Shown here piece after piece: positions 9,876-19,226 of a DNA stretch of 64,000 bases (position 1 is the stretch's first letter; the number at the start of each line of letters is the position of its first letter). Source of the stretch: Alphaproteobacteria bacterium. Lineage in GTDB: Bacteria > Pseudomonadota > Alphaproteobacteria > SP197. Made by a program: the position numbers and the translations under genes. The notes under the pieces are model-generated. The model saw only the letters and a program-made list of their open reading frames with translations, made no database searches and was not told the DNA's origin. The stretch lies in NCBI GenBank assembly GCA_965228895.1, contig OZ245842.1, forward strand, positions 4,640,001-4,704,000, read 5' to 3'.

Positions 9876-10457
9876 TCAGCCCGCCGCCGCGATGTCGGCG
9901 ACGTGATCCCTAGCGATTTGGTGGATGACGTCCAGGCTGAATCCGTCGGGGTCCTGGGTGTGGCGTAGCCACATGCCGTAGATCAGCGCGACGATCGCCT
10001 GGGCCCTGACCTCCACCTTGTCGGCGGCGACGACCTTTTCCAGCCGCGGCCGCAGCAAACCGAGCAGGGTTTCGTCCAGCTCGCACTGAATGCGGGTGAA
10101 ATCCGGATTGCCGGGCACCTGGGCATAGAAGCTGAGCCAGGCGCTAATCGCTTCCGGCGACCGCTGAGACGGGGCGAAATTGCCGTCGATGATGGCAATC
10201 AACGCCTCTTCCGGCGTCGTCGCACCGGCCAGCAGCGCCTCGGCGCCAGCCATGGATTCGGCCGCCAGCGACTGCATGGTCGCTTCCAGCAGCTCGCCCT
10301 TGCCGTCGAAATAGTGATTGACCAGGCCGACTGACAGTCCGGCGCGGCGGCTGATTTTGGCCACTGTCGCATCGCGGAAGCCGTCCTGGTGAATCGACTC
10401 GATGGTCGCTTCGATCAATTGCCGGCGTCGCACCGGCTCCATACCTACCTTGGGCAT
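9876..10457 (-). CDS. betI: TetR-family choline-responsive repressor BetI
   Basis: Typical N-terminus MPKVGMEPVRRRQLIEAT, HYFDGK HTH, WLSFY, GMWLR; beside a betaine-type ABC transporter. Confidence 0.9.
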   Translation of the reverse strand: MPKVGMEPVRRRQLIEATIESIHQDGFRDATVAKISRRAGLSVGLVNHYFDGKGELLEATMQSLAAESMAGAEALLAGATTPEEALIAIIDGNFAPSQRSPEAISAWLSFYAQVPGNPDFTRIQCELDETLLGLLRPRLEKVVAADKVEVRAQAIVALIYGMWLRHTQDPDGFSLDVIHQIARDHVADIAAAG

Positions 10458-10481
10458 GGCGCGTTTATCGTACGGGACGCA

Positions 10482-12605
10482 CTAATGGTCAATCAGGCCG
10501 AGATCCCGCTTCTTCTGTTTGGCCCACGCCTGAATGACGCGGTCGGCGACCATCGCCATCAGCGCCATGCTGCCGCCGGCGATGAAACCCTGGCCGAACT
10601 TGGCGTTGGTCAGGCTGTCATAGACCCACTGGCCCAAGCCGCGCGTACCGACCAGGGCTGCGATGACCAGCATGGCGAGCGCGAACATGATGACCTGGTT
10701 CAGCCCCAGCATGATTTCGGGAATTGCGAGCGGCAGTTTCACGCGCCACAGGATCTGATTTTCGGTGCATCCCATGCTGCGTGCGGCCTCGACAGCGGAG
10801 GGGTCGACATGACGCAGGCCGTACTCCGTGTAACGGATCGCCGGCACGATCGAATACATAATGATCGCCAGCAGCGCGGAAAAATCGCCGACCAGGAAAA
10901 CCATGATGACGGGGATCAGGAAGACGAACAGCGGCATCGTCTGCAGCGTGTCGTTGATGGGTCGAACAATCGCCGAGACGCGGTCGCTCTGCGCCGCCCA
11001 GATACCGATCGCACCGCCCAGCAGGAAGCAGATGATGACCGACGTCGCCGCCAGGTAGAACGACAACATCGCGCGCGGCCACGCTCCGGTGACCAGCATG
11101 AAAGCAAGCGCCAGGCACGCAAACAAGCCGACACGCCAGCCGCCGACCTGGAACGCGATCAACGTGACCGCGCCGATGAAGACGGGCCACGGCGTCCCTG
11201 TCGAGCCGAAGAAAAACAGCATGCTCAGAAGCCCGACCACGACGCCGGCGCGCCAGCCGAACTTGCGCACCGCCGCGGACCCGGCCAACAGCGCAATGAA
11301 CCAATAGACGGCGGCCGCCGTCGCCGTCATCTCGAAACCCCAGTTGTCGGGCCGCGCGATACGTTCCAGTCCGGCTTTCATGGGCAGCATGAAGAAATAG
11401 AGCGTGTAGGTCTTGATACCGTCGGTCAGCCAGAAGAAGTTCCGGGTGAACCAGCTGACCCAGCCATTCAGGATCTCGGCGGGATAGAAAACCCATGCCG
11501 TCGGGTAGCTGCCGAACTCTGGGATCAGGCGGGCGAGCACGACACCAATCAGCGTCGCCATGATGACCGCCAGGAGATAGGGGTGACGATGCATCAGGCC
11601 GCCCTTGCGCGCGACATGGATCTCACCTGTGCGTTCGGCAAAACCACGGCTGATGCGGTCCATCATCATCGCCATCAAGACAATGACGATACCGGCCAAC
11701 AGGCTCTGGCCGGTCTGCGCCTTGCGCATGGTCGACAGCACTTCCCAACCGATATCGGCAAAGCCGCCGATGATGGCCGCGATAATCACCATGGAGAGTG
11801 CGGCCATGATCGTCTGGTTGACACCAACCATGATGGTCGGCAGCGCCGACGGCACGCGGACCATGAACATCAGCTGGAACTCGCTGCAGCCGGACATGCG
11901 GCCGGACTCGATGACGTCGTCCTGCACGCGCGACAGGCCCAGCATACAGTTTCTGACCATCGGCGGGCTGGCATAGATGGCGCTCGCCACCATGCCGACC
12001 ACGGGGCCGACGCCGAACAGGATCAAAATCGGCACCAGATAGGCGAAGGTCGGCACCGTCTGCATGACATCCAGCGTCGGTTCGATGATGCGGCGCGCCC
12101 ATCGGAACTTGTAGGCCATCAAGCCCATCGAAAAGCCCAGCGCGAGCGATAGCGGCACGGACATGCCGACCAGCGCCAAGGTGCTCATGCTCTCGTCCCA
12201 GTAGCCGACGATCAGCATGTAAGCCATGGCGGCGACGCAAAACGCAGAAAGCCGCCAGCCCTTTGCCGCGTAGGCCATGATGGCGACGATAGCAATGGTC
12301 GCCGGCCACGGCAGCCAATGGAGCAGGCCCTCGAGCCATTCCATGGGATAGGAAAGCACCATGGAAACGAACCGGAAGATCACCTTGAAGGTGTCGGTGA
12401 ACCAGTCCATGGCGACGTCAAGCCAGCTGGCGAGCGGGACGATCCATGCGTTGGGATAACGCATCGCCCAAGCCAGATCGTCGCGGAACACGAGAAAGCC
12501 GATCGCGATAACGGCGAAGGCCAACCATGCCAGAAGCTGGGGATTGGCGAGTTTGCCGGTGCCGGCAAACGGGGATTCAGGTCGATCCCGTGTCGCGATG
12601 CTCAT
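10482..12605 (-). CDS. proW: Glycine betaine/proline-type ABC permease with two tandem ProW domains
   Basis: Two QTxP motifs (MQTVPTFAYL, LQTMPLFVFL) and two EAA-like loops; 707 aa. Confidence 0.88.
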   Translation of the reverse strand: MSIATRDRPESPFAGTGKLANPQLLAWLAFAVIAIGFLVFRDDLAWAMRYPNAWIVPLASWLDVAMDWFTDTFKVIFRFVSMVLSYPMEWLEGLLHWLPWPATIAIVAIMAYAAKGWRLSAFCVAAMAYMLIVGYWDESMSTLALVGMSVPLSLALGFSMGLMAYKFRWARRIIEPTLDVMQTVPTFAYLVPILILFGVGPVVGMVASAIYASPPMVRNCMLGLSRVQDDVIESGRMSGCSEFQLMFMVRVPSALPTIMVGVNQTIMAALSMVIIAAIIGGFADIGWEVLSTMRKAQTGQSLLAGIVIVLMAMMMDRISRGFAERTGEIHVARKGGLMHRHPYLLAVIMATLIGVVLARLIPEFGSYPTAWVFYPAEILNGWVSWFTRNFFWLTDGIKTYTLYFFMLPMKAGLERIARPDNWGFEMTATAAAVYWFIALLAGSAAVRKFGWRAGVVVGLLSMLFFFGSTGTPWPVFIGAVTLIAFQVGGWRVGLFACLALAFMLVTGAWPRAMLSFYLAATSVIICFLLGGAIGIWAAQSDRVSAIVRPINDTLQTMPLFVFLIPVIMVFLVGDFSALLAIIMYSIVPAIRYTEYGLRHVDPSAVEAARSMGCTENQILWRVKLPLAIPEIMLGLNQVIMFALAMLVIAALVGTRGLGQWVYDSLTNAKFGQGFIAGGSMALMAMVADRVIQAWAKQKKRDLGLIDH

Positions 12606-13663
12606 GTCAGGGCCTCATCGTCATCGCTGGCCAGCGCCGAGAGCACGGCCTGCGGCGAGACCTGGCCGACCACGCTGCCGGCGTCGGCAACCGCGATAGC
12701 GCCGAGGCCTTCGGAAAATTTCGGCATCAGGTGTTCCAACGTCATGTCGGGCGGCACCGCTTGGCTGACGTCCAGACCGTTGGTCGGCTGGGTCATGATA
12801 TCGCCGGCCGTGATCACCTTCACCCGCGGCACGTCCTGGGTAAACTCCTCGACGTAGTCATCGGCGGGCGTCATCACGACCTCCGCCGGCGTGCCGATCT
12901 GCACGACCTTGCCGTCCTTCATGATCGCGATGCGGTCACCCAGCCTTAGCGCTTCCAGGAAGTCGTGGGTGATGAAGACAATCGTCTTGTGCAGCAACTT
13001 TTGCAGGCGCATGAACTCGTCCTGCATCTGACGCCGGATCAAGGGGTCGAGCGCCGAAAACGGCTCATCGAGAAACCACAGTTCCGGCTCCACCGCCAGG
13101 GATCGCGCGATGCCGACACGCTGTTGCTGACCGCCGGAGAGCTGGCGCGGATAACTGCCCTCGCGCCCATCGAGCCCAACCAGTTCGATCATTTCCATGG
13201 CGCGCGCCATGCGATGTTCCTTGTCGATGCCCTGAACCTGCAAGGGAAAGGCGACGTTTTCCAGCACGTTCAAGTGGGGCAGCAAACCGAAATTCTGGAA
13301 CACCATGCCCATCTTGTGGCGCCGGATGTCGATCAGCTGTTCCTTGGAGACACGAAGCAGGTCTTCGCCGTCGAGCAGGACCTCACCGGCCGTCGGTTCG
13401 ACCAGGCGCGACAGGCAGCGGACCATCGTCGACTTGCCCGAGCCCGACAGCCCCATGATGATAAAGATCTCGCCGACATGGACGTCGAACGACACGTCGC
13501 AAGCCGCGCCGATATGGCCGCTTTCCTGGATCTCCTGAATCAGAGCGCCGGTATTGGCGACCTGACCGTTGCCGTTGTCAAAGAAACCGTCGGCTTCCGG
13601 TCCATAGACCTTCCAGACGTTACGGCACACCAGTTTGATGTCGCGCTCGCTGCTTTCGACCAT
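12602..13663 (-). CDS. proV: Glycine betaine-type ABC ATP-binding protein
   Basis: GLSGSGKS, LSGGQQQRVG, LDEPFSALDPLIRRQMQDE; start placed at ATG 13663. Confidence 0.92.
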   Translation of the reverse strand: MVESSERDIKLVCRNVWKVYGPEADGFFDNGNGQVANTGALIQEIQESGHIGAACDVSFDVHVGEIFIIMGLSGSGKSTMVRCLSRLVEPTAGEVLLDGEDLLRVSKEQLIDIRRHKMGMVFQNFGLLPHLNVLENVAFPLQVQGIDKEHRMARAMEMIELVGLDGREGSYPRQLSGGQQQRVGIARSLAVEPELWFLDEPFSALDPLIRRQMQDEFMRLQKLLHKTIVFITHDFLEALRLGDRIAIMKDGKVVQIGTPAEVVMTPADDYVEEFTQDVPRVKVITAGDIMTQPTNGLDVSQAVPPDMTLEHLMPKFSEGLGAIAVADAGSVVGQVSPQAVLSALASDDDEALT

Positions 13664-14048
13664 TGCCCTCTTTCGCCCACCCGCCGGACTATTGCTGTCC
13701 GCGACGCGTGATTTGCCCATACTTTTTGTCTGTTGGCCGGCATTGCCGGCGAATCGTCCGATAGTTAGCCACGACCAACGCTCAAGGTCCACACACGCAA
13801 CCGACAGCATGGCGGACCCCATGCCGCTTCAGCGCCTCGCGTGGTTGTATCGCGCCGCCGTCTATCCCTTCGAGATTGCACCATGCCATCGGCAAACACC
13901 CATCTGAAGCGCCATTGCGATCGCCCGAAATGGTTGGCCGTTCATCAATAGTAACCAACTCAGCCATTTGCCATACTTCGTTGTCTTGTGTCGGTTAGGA
14001 CGTGTTGTCACGGCCACGGGCACAAGACGGTTCGTCTGGGGGCTTTTG

Positions 14049-15644
14049 TTGCAACTCGAACGGTCGATTGGCCTTGTTGGTCTGACCTTCGTCGCGGTTG
14101 GCGGCGTGTTGGGTTCCGGTTGGCTGTTTGCGCCGCTTCTGGCGGCCGAGCAGGCCGGACCCGCCGCGATTTTAGCCTGGGTCATCGGCGCGATCGCCGT
14201 CCTGCTGCTGGCGATGACGTTTGCTGAAGTCACCGCGATCCTCCCCGTCGCCGGCGGCCTGGCGCGTATACCCTATTTCAGTCACGGCAACGTGGTGGCC
14301 GCGCTCATGGGCTGGACCGCCTGGATCGGCTATGCGGTGATGGCGCCGATCGAGGTCTCGATCATGCTGAACTACTTGGGACCGGAGGTGCCCTGGGCGT
14401 TTGGCCCGAGTTCGACGCGCGACGCTATCGCGCTGTCGCCCTATGGTATGGGGCTGGTCGTGATCATGATGGCTGTCATGACCCTGATCAACGCGTTTGG
14501 CGTGGCGTTCTTCGCCCGCGTCAACACATCACTGACATGGCTCAAGATCATTCTACCCGTGGTCGTCGGCATCATTCTGATCGCGAGCCGGTTTGAGACG
14601 TCGAACTTCCACGATGTCGGCGGCTTCGCGCCGTTTGGCGTAGCCGGGGTGCTGGCCGCCGTGACGACCGGCGGCGTCGTGTTTGCCTTTATCGGCTTTC
14701 GCCACGCTATCGACATGGCCGGCGAGACAAAGAACCCGCAGGTAACCATCCCGATTGCGCTCATCCTGGCCGTTGGGATCTGTGCCGCCATCTACCTGCT
14801 GCTGCAGGTCGCGTTTATTGGCGCCATGGACCAACAGGAGCTCGCCAGAGGCTGGAAAGGGATCAGCTTCGATCATGATGGCGGGCCCTTGGCGGCCATT
14901 GCGCAGACGCTGGCGCTGTTGTGGCTTGTCTCCTTGATTATCGGCGGCGCGGTGATCTCGCCCTTCGGTTCGGCACTGATCGCGGTTGGCTCCAACGGAC
15001 GCCTTGTGCTGGCGCTCGCCAACAACGGTTTTTTCGGCGCGGCATTGACAAAACTCTCATCACGCGGCGTGCCGTTGAATGCCTTTCTTCTCAACCTGGC
15101 CGTCGGAACCTTTGCGGTTATCGTGCTGCCGTTCCATCAACTCGTCGCCTTGAATTCATCGGCCATCACGCTTTCCTTGGCATCGGGCCCGCTGGCACTA
15201 CTGGCGCTTCGCCACCTGGCGCCCGATCACGAGCGCTGGTTCCGGCTGCCCGCCGCGCCTCTCTTGGCAGGTCTGGCCTTTATCTTCGCGACTCTGATTG
15301 TCTATTGGTCAGGCTGGGACACGTTGAGGAGTCTTGGTCTGGCCATGGCCGTCGGCGTCGTCTTCTTCATCTGGCGCCATCGCAAGACCGGGCTTGAAGG
15401 GCTTGAGCTGCAGGGTGCCGTCTGGCTTGTTCCCTATATCGCGGGCATCGGTCTGGTATCGGCCTTCGGCCAGTTCGACGGCACCGGCGACATACCTCTG
15501 GGCTGGGACATGGTTATCCTTGCGGCTCTTGCGGCGGGACTTCTCATGCTTGCCGTTCGCGGACGCATCACCCGCGAGAAGTTTCAGAGGCGCCGGCGCG
15601 TTAGCCTGGGGAAAGCGGACCCGCCACCGCAAGATATACAATAA
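14049..15644 (+). CDS. APC-family amino acid permease (YveA/AspP-like)
   Basis: GSGWLF TM1 motif, FAFIGF, GETKNPQ, many TM segments; start uncertain (TTG 14049, frame open from 13968). Confidence 0.85.
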   Translation: MQLERSIGLVGLTFVAVGGVLGSGWLFAPLLAAEQAGPAAILAWVIGAIAVLLLAMTFAEVTAILPVAGGLARIPYFSHGNVVAALMGWTAWIGYAVMAPIEVSIMLNYLGPEVPWAFGPSSTRDAIALSPYGMGLVVIMMAVMTLINAFGVAFFARVNTSLTWLKIILPVVVGIILIASRFETSNFHDVGGFAPFGVAGVLAAVTTGGVVFAFIGFRHAIDMAGETKNPQVTIPIALILAVGICAAIYLLLQVAFIGAMDQQELARGWKGISFDHDGGPLAAIAQTLALLWLVSLIIGGAVISPFGSALIAVGSNGRLVLALANNGFFGAALTKLSSRGVPLNAFLLNLAVGTFAVIVLPFHQLVALNSSAITLSLASGPLALLALRHLAPDHERWFRLPAAPLLAGLAFIFATLIVYWSGWDTLRSLGLAMAVGVVFFIWRHRKTGLEGLELQGAVWLVPYIAGIGLVSAFGQFDGTGDIPLGWDMVILAALAAGLLMLAVRGRITREKFQRRRRVSLGKADPPPQDIQ

Positions 15645-15837
15645 CGGTCAAATATTCAGACAAGCCTTCCAGCAAGATTCCGTGCTAAACTTCCCTGATC
15701 GCAAGGCGGCTCCTCCATCGCTCGGCTATTACTTGCCAACCCGTGATCGACGATCATCCGACATGATGGCGGAGGTTGGAGCCCATAACGGCGGTCGATG
15801 TGGACTTGTCGGTATCTGGTGACGTCGTGGAGGTGTA

Positions 15838-16200
15838 ATGGGTTCTTCGATTCTGGTTGTCGATGACAGCAAGCTCGCCCGCCTTATGGTGACCAACCTG
15901 ATTGCCGAGCGGTGGCCGCAAGCCGAGATCGAGGAAGCGGAAAGTGCGGATCAGGCCTTTCTCGCCATCGAAAAGCATATCCCCGACCACGTGATCATCG
16001 ACCACAACATGCCGGGCATGGACGGTCTTGACCTGGCGCGTCAGCTACGCGACGTCGCGCCGCAAGCCAGCCTGACCTTGTTGACCGCGAACATCCAGGT
16101 ATCGATCCGCGAACAGGCGGAAGCGCTGGGCTGCCGGTTTATCGCCAAACCCGTCAACGAGGACAAAATCTCAGATCTGCTGGCGGAGCTTGGCGACTGA
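15838..16200 (+). CDS. Single-domain response regulator (CheY-like)
   Basis: ILVVDDS, IDHNMP (phospho-Asp), LTAN, AKP; GGAGG RBS. Confidence 0.9.
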   Translation: MGSSILVVDDSKLARLMVTNLIAERWPQAEIEEAESADQAFLAIEKHIPDHVIIDHNMPGMDGLDLARQLRDVAPQASLTLLTANIQVSIREQAEALGCRFIAKPVNEDKISDLLAELGD

Positions 16201-16204
16201 GCCG

Positions 16205-16813
16205 ATGACGCAGTACTTCACGGCGGACGAGAGCGACGCTTTCACCGAGATTTTCAACATCGGTGCGGGCAAGGCCGCCAACGCGCTTAGCGAATTGCTC
16301 GACACGCCGATCGAGTTCACGGTTCCCTACTGCGTTATCCTGCCGGTCGATCACGCGGCCGACTTCCTGCGTGATCGCTTTGGCACCAATATCAGCATGA
16401 TCAGCCAGGACTTTTCCGGTCCGTTCGACGGATCGGCCTTGCTGATGTTCCAGGAGGCGAGCAGCCTGAAACTCGCCCAGAGCGTTCTGGGCGGCGACGA
16501 GCCGGTCGAGACCTTGACCGAGTTGGAACGCGAAGCGCTGACGGAAATCGGCAACATCGTGCTGAATGCCTGCCTCAGCAGTTTCGGCGATCTGCTCGAC
16601 CGCGAAGTCGCGACCTCGTTGCCGCGCTTTTCGCTCGGCGACAGTGCGGAACTGCTGAACCACACCAGCGGTTATGACCTGGTCCTGATCGTCAAGGTCG
16701 ATTTCCGGGTTCGCGGTGGCGAGATCGAAGGTTATGTCACCTTCGTTTTGAATGTTGATTCGGTGAAGGCCTTTCGCGAGGCCGCCAGCCGGTTGATGGA
16801 GAGCCTGCACTGA
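16205..16813 (+). CDS. cheC: CheC-family phosphatase
   Basis: Two (D/E)xxxExxN active-site motifs: DAFTEIFNIG and EALTEIGNIV. Confidence 0.85.
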   Translation: MTQYFTADESDAFTEIFNIGAGKAANALSELLDTPIEFTVPYCVILPVDHAADFLRDRFGTNISMISQDFSGPFDGSALLMFQEASSLKLAQSVLGGDEPVETLTELEREALTEIGNIVLNACLSSFGDLLDREVATSLPRFSLGDSAELLNHTSGYDLVLIVKVDFRVRGGEIEGYVTFVLNVDSVKAFREAASRLMESLH

Positions 16814-16821
16814 GGCATTGA

Positions 16822-19197
16822 ATGGCAAGCGCGCGCGCTGAGCTGGAGAACAATTCGGATGCGATCGACCTGTTCGGCGCGGCACTGGGGCGTTGCGACA
16901 ACGGTGTCACATTGCTTGATAGTCACCAGAAGGTCATCTTCTGGAATGACTGGATGGCCAACGCCAGCAACATTGAAGCCGATCAGGCACTAGGCCGGAA
17001 TCTCAGTCAGCTTTTCCCCGAAGCCGCCTTACGACGCGTCAACCGTGCGATAGCTGCCGCACTGGAGGATCGCCAGGCATCGGTCCTGTCGCGCGCCCTC
17101 AACCCAACGCTGTTTCCGCTTTTTCATCGAACGGCAAAAGGCAAACGCGGCGGCGCCATCGAGCATCAGGCGGTCATCAAACCGCTCAATACCGTCGCCG
17201 GACGATATTGTTTGCTGCAGATCTTCGATGTGTCCGACGCCGTCCACCGCGAACGGTATCTGAAGGATCAGGCGGCGACACTCAGCCGACTGGCCGACGA
17301 GCTGACGGCAAGCGAACAGCGTTTGCGTCGGCTGTTGGAAGCAAGCCCGACAGGCGTCGCGATCATTGGCGGCGACGGTGTCATACAGTTCGCCAATCAC
17401 CGACTTGCGGAACTGTTCCTGGCCACCGCCGGCACGGTTTCCGGACGCCACATCGGCGACTTTTTTGTTGAGCCGCTCGACCTGGTCGAACAGATCGGAA
17501 AGGGCGTCGAACGGCTGGAAGTTCAGTTTCGCCGCAACGACGGATCCAATCTCTGGGCCCAGGTCACTGGCGAAGAGATTCGTTACCAGGACGCGACGGC
17601 TGTCCTGTGTTGGGTCTATGACATTTCCGAACAGAAGGAAGCCGAGCTGGTTCTGACGGGCGAACGAGACCGCGCGCAACACATCGCCCAGACCAAGACC
17701 GACTTCCTGGCCATGGTCAGCCACGAGATCCGTACGCCGTTGAACGGCATTCTGGGCATGGCCCACATGCTGGGCGACACCGGTCTGGAGACGCGCCAGC
17801 GCGAGTTTGTCGACACGATCCAGTATTCCGGCGAAGCCCTGTTGACCATCCTGAACGAAGTGCTGGACCTGTCGAAGTTCGAGGCCGGCGGCTTGAAACT
17901 GGAAGAGAGCGACGTCGATGTGCGCCGTCTCGTCGACAGCATGTTGATGCTGATGTCCGCGCGTGCCAGCGAAAAAGACCTGGACCTCAGCGCGCTGATT
18001 GAAGACGACGTCTGTCATGTGGTGGTCGGCGACGCCGGCCGGCTGCGCCAGGTTCTGCTGAACCTGATTGGTAACGCCATCAAGTTTACCGAACGTGGCT
18101 CGGTCGCTGTCTCGGTCGAGCAGCTCAGAGAAGCCGACGATGTCGTCACGTTGAGATTTTCGGTGACCGACAGCGGCATCGGCGTGCCGGAAGACGTTCG
18201 CAGCAAGCTGTTCACGGAGTTCTACCAGGTCGATCCGTCAATCTCTCGCCGGTTCGGTGGCACGGGGTTGGGGCTTGCGATCTGCCGGCGCATCGTCGAG
18301 GCGATGGGCGGTACGATCGGCGTTGACAGCACGCCAGGTGACGGTAGTCATTTCTGGTTCGAAGTTGCGCTGAAAAAGGGCGATCCCGAACGCGCGGCGT
18401 CGCCAAGGGCAGTCCGCGCCGCCGTCGCCGACGTGCCGCAGCTCAAGGTCCTGTTGGTCGAAGACAACGAGATCAATCAGAAGGTCGCCTTGGGCATGCT
18501 GGCGCGCGACAACCATGATGTCAGCGTGACAGCCAGCGGTCAGGGCGCCATCGATCACGTACAACGCCAGGCGTTTGACCTGGTCCTGATGGATATTCAG
18601 CTGCCGGGGATGGACGGCCTGGAGGCAACCCGGCGTATCCGCGCTCTGGACGATGTCGCCAAAGCGAACACGCCAATTGTCGCGCTGACAGCCAACGCCA
18701 TGCCCGAGGATGTCCAAACCTGTCTGGCTGCGGGCATGAACGATGTCTTGGCCAAGCCGATTGACCCCGGGCGGTTGAACAAGGCCATTCTGGATGTCGC
18801 TGACCTGCCGGGTCCCGCCAGCGACAATCGTGGCCCTGTTGCCGTCGTCGGCGGCATCGACTGGTCAACGATTGACGGGCTGACCGATACCATCGGCGCC
18901 GACAAACTTGTCGAACTGTTCGACCTGTTCGATACGTCCTGGAGGGAAACGCTGGACGAGATGGCGGGCGCCATCGGCACCGGCGACCGTGACGGCCTGC
19001 GGCAGTTGGCGCACCGGTTGAAGGGCAGCGCGCTCAATCTCGGTTTACACGCCGTCAGCGATGCGACGATCGCAATCGAAGACGCCATTCGTCAAGACGC
19101 GCCGATTGACGAAATCAAACCGATGGTAAGGACACTTGAAGAGCTCTGTCGCGATACACAATCGGCCCTTAACAAGGTACGCCCTGTCGGCGCGTGA
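16822..19197 (+). CDS. Soluble hybrid sensor kinase PAS-PAS-HisKA-HATPase-REC-Hpt
   Basis: SHEIRTPLNG H-box, NLIGNAIKFT, DSGIG, GGTGLGL, LMDIQLP (REC), AHRLKGSA (Hpt); no TM segment visible. Confidence 0.92.
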   Translation: MASARAELENNSDAIDLFGAALGRCDNGVTLLDSHQKVIFWNDWMANASNIEADQALGRNLSQLFPEAALRRVNRAIAAALEDRQASVLSRALNPTLFPLFHRTAKGKRGGAIEHQAVIKPLNTVAGRYCLLQIFDVSDAVHRERYLKDQAATLSRLADELTASEQRLRRLLEASPTGVAIIGGDGVIQFANHRLAELFLATAGTVSGRHIGDFFVEPLDLVEQIGKGVERLEVQFRRNDGSNLWAQVTGEEIRYQDATAVLCWVYDISEQKEAELVLTGERDRAQHIAQTKTDFLAMVSHEIRTPLNGILGMAHMLGDTGLETRQREFVDTIQYSGEALLTILNEVLDLSKFEAGGLKLEESDVDVRRLVDSMLMLMSARASEKDLDLSALIEDDVCHVVVGDAGRLRQVLLNLIGNAIKFTERGSVAVSVEQLREADDVVTLRFSVTDSGIGVPEDVRSKLFTEFYQVDPSISRRFGGTGLGLAICRRIVEAMGGTIGVDSTPGDGSHFWFEVALKKGDPERAASPRAVRAAVADVPQLKVLLVEDNEINQKVALGMLARDNHDVSVTASGQGAIDHVQRQAFDLVLMDIQLPGMDGLEATRRIRALDDVAKANTPIVALTANAMPEDVQTCLAAGMNDVLAKPIDPGRLNKAILDVADLPGPASDNRGPVAVVGGIDWSTIDGLTDTIGADKLVELFDLFDTSWRETLDEMAGAIGTGDRDGLRQLAHRLKGSALNLGLHAVSDATIAIEDAIRQDAPIDEIKPMVRTLEELCRDTQSALNKVRPVGA

Positions 19198-19226
19198 TAG
19201 GGGCTGTGGATCTAGACCAGCAATGC

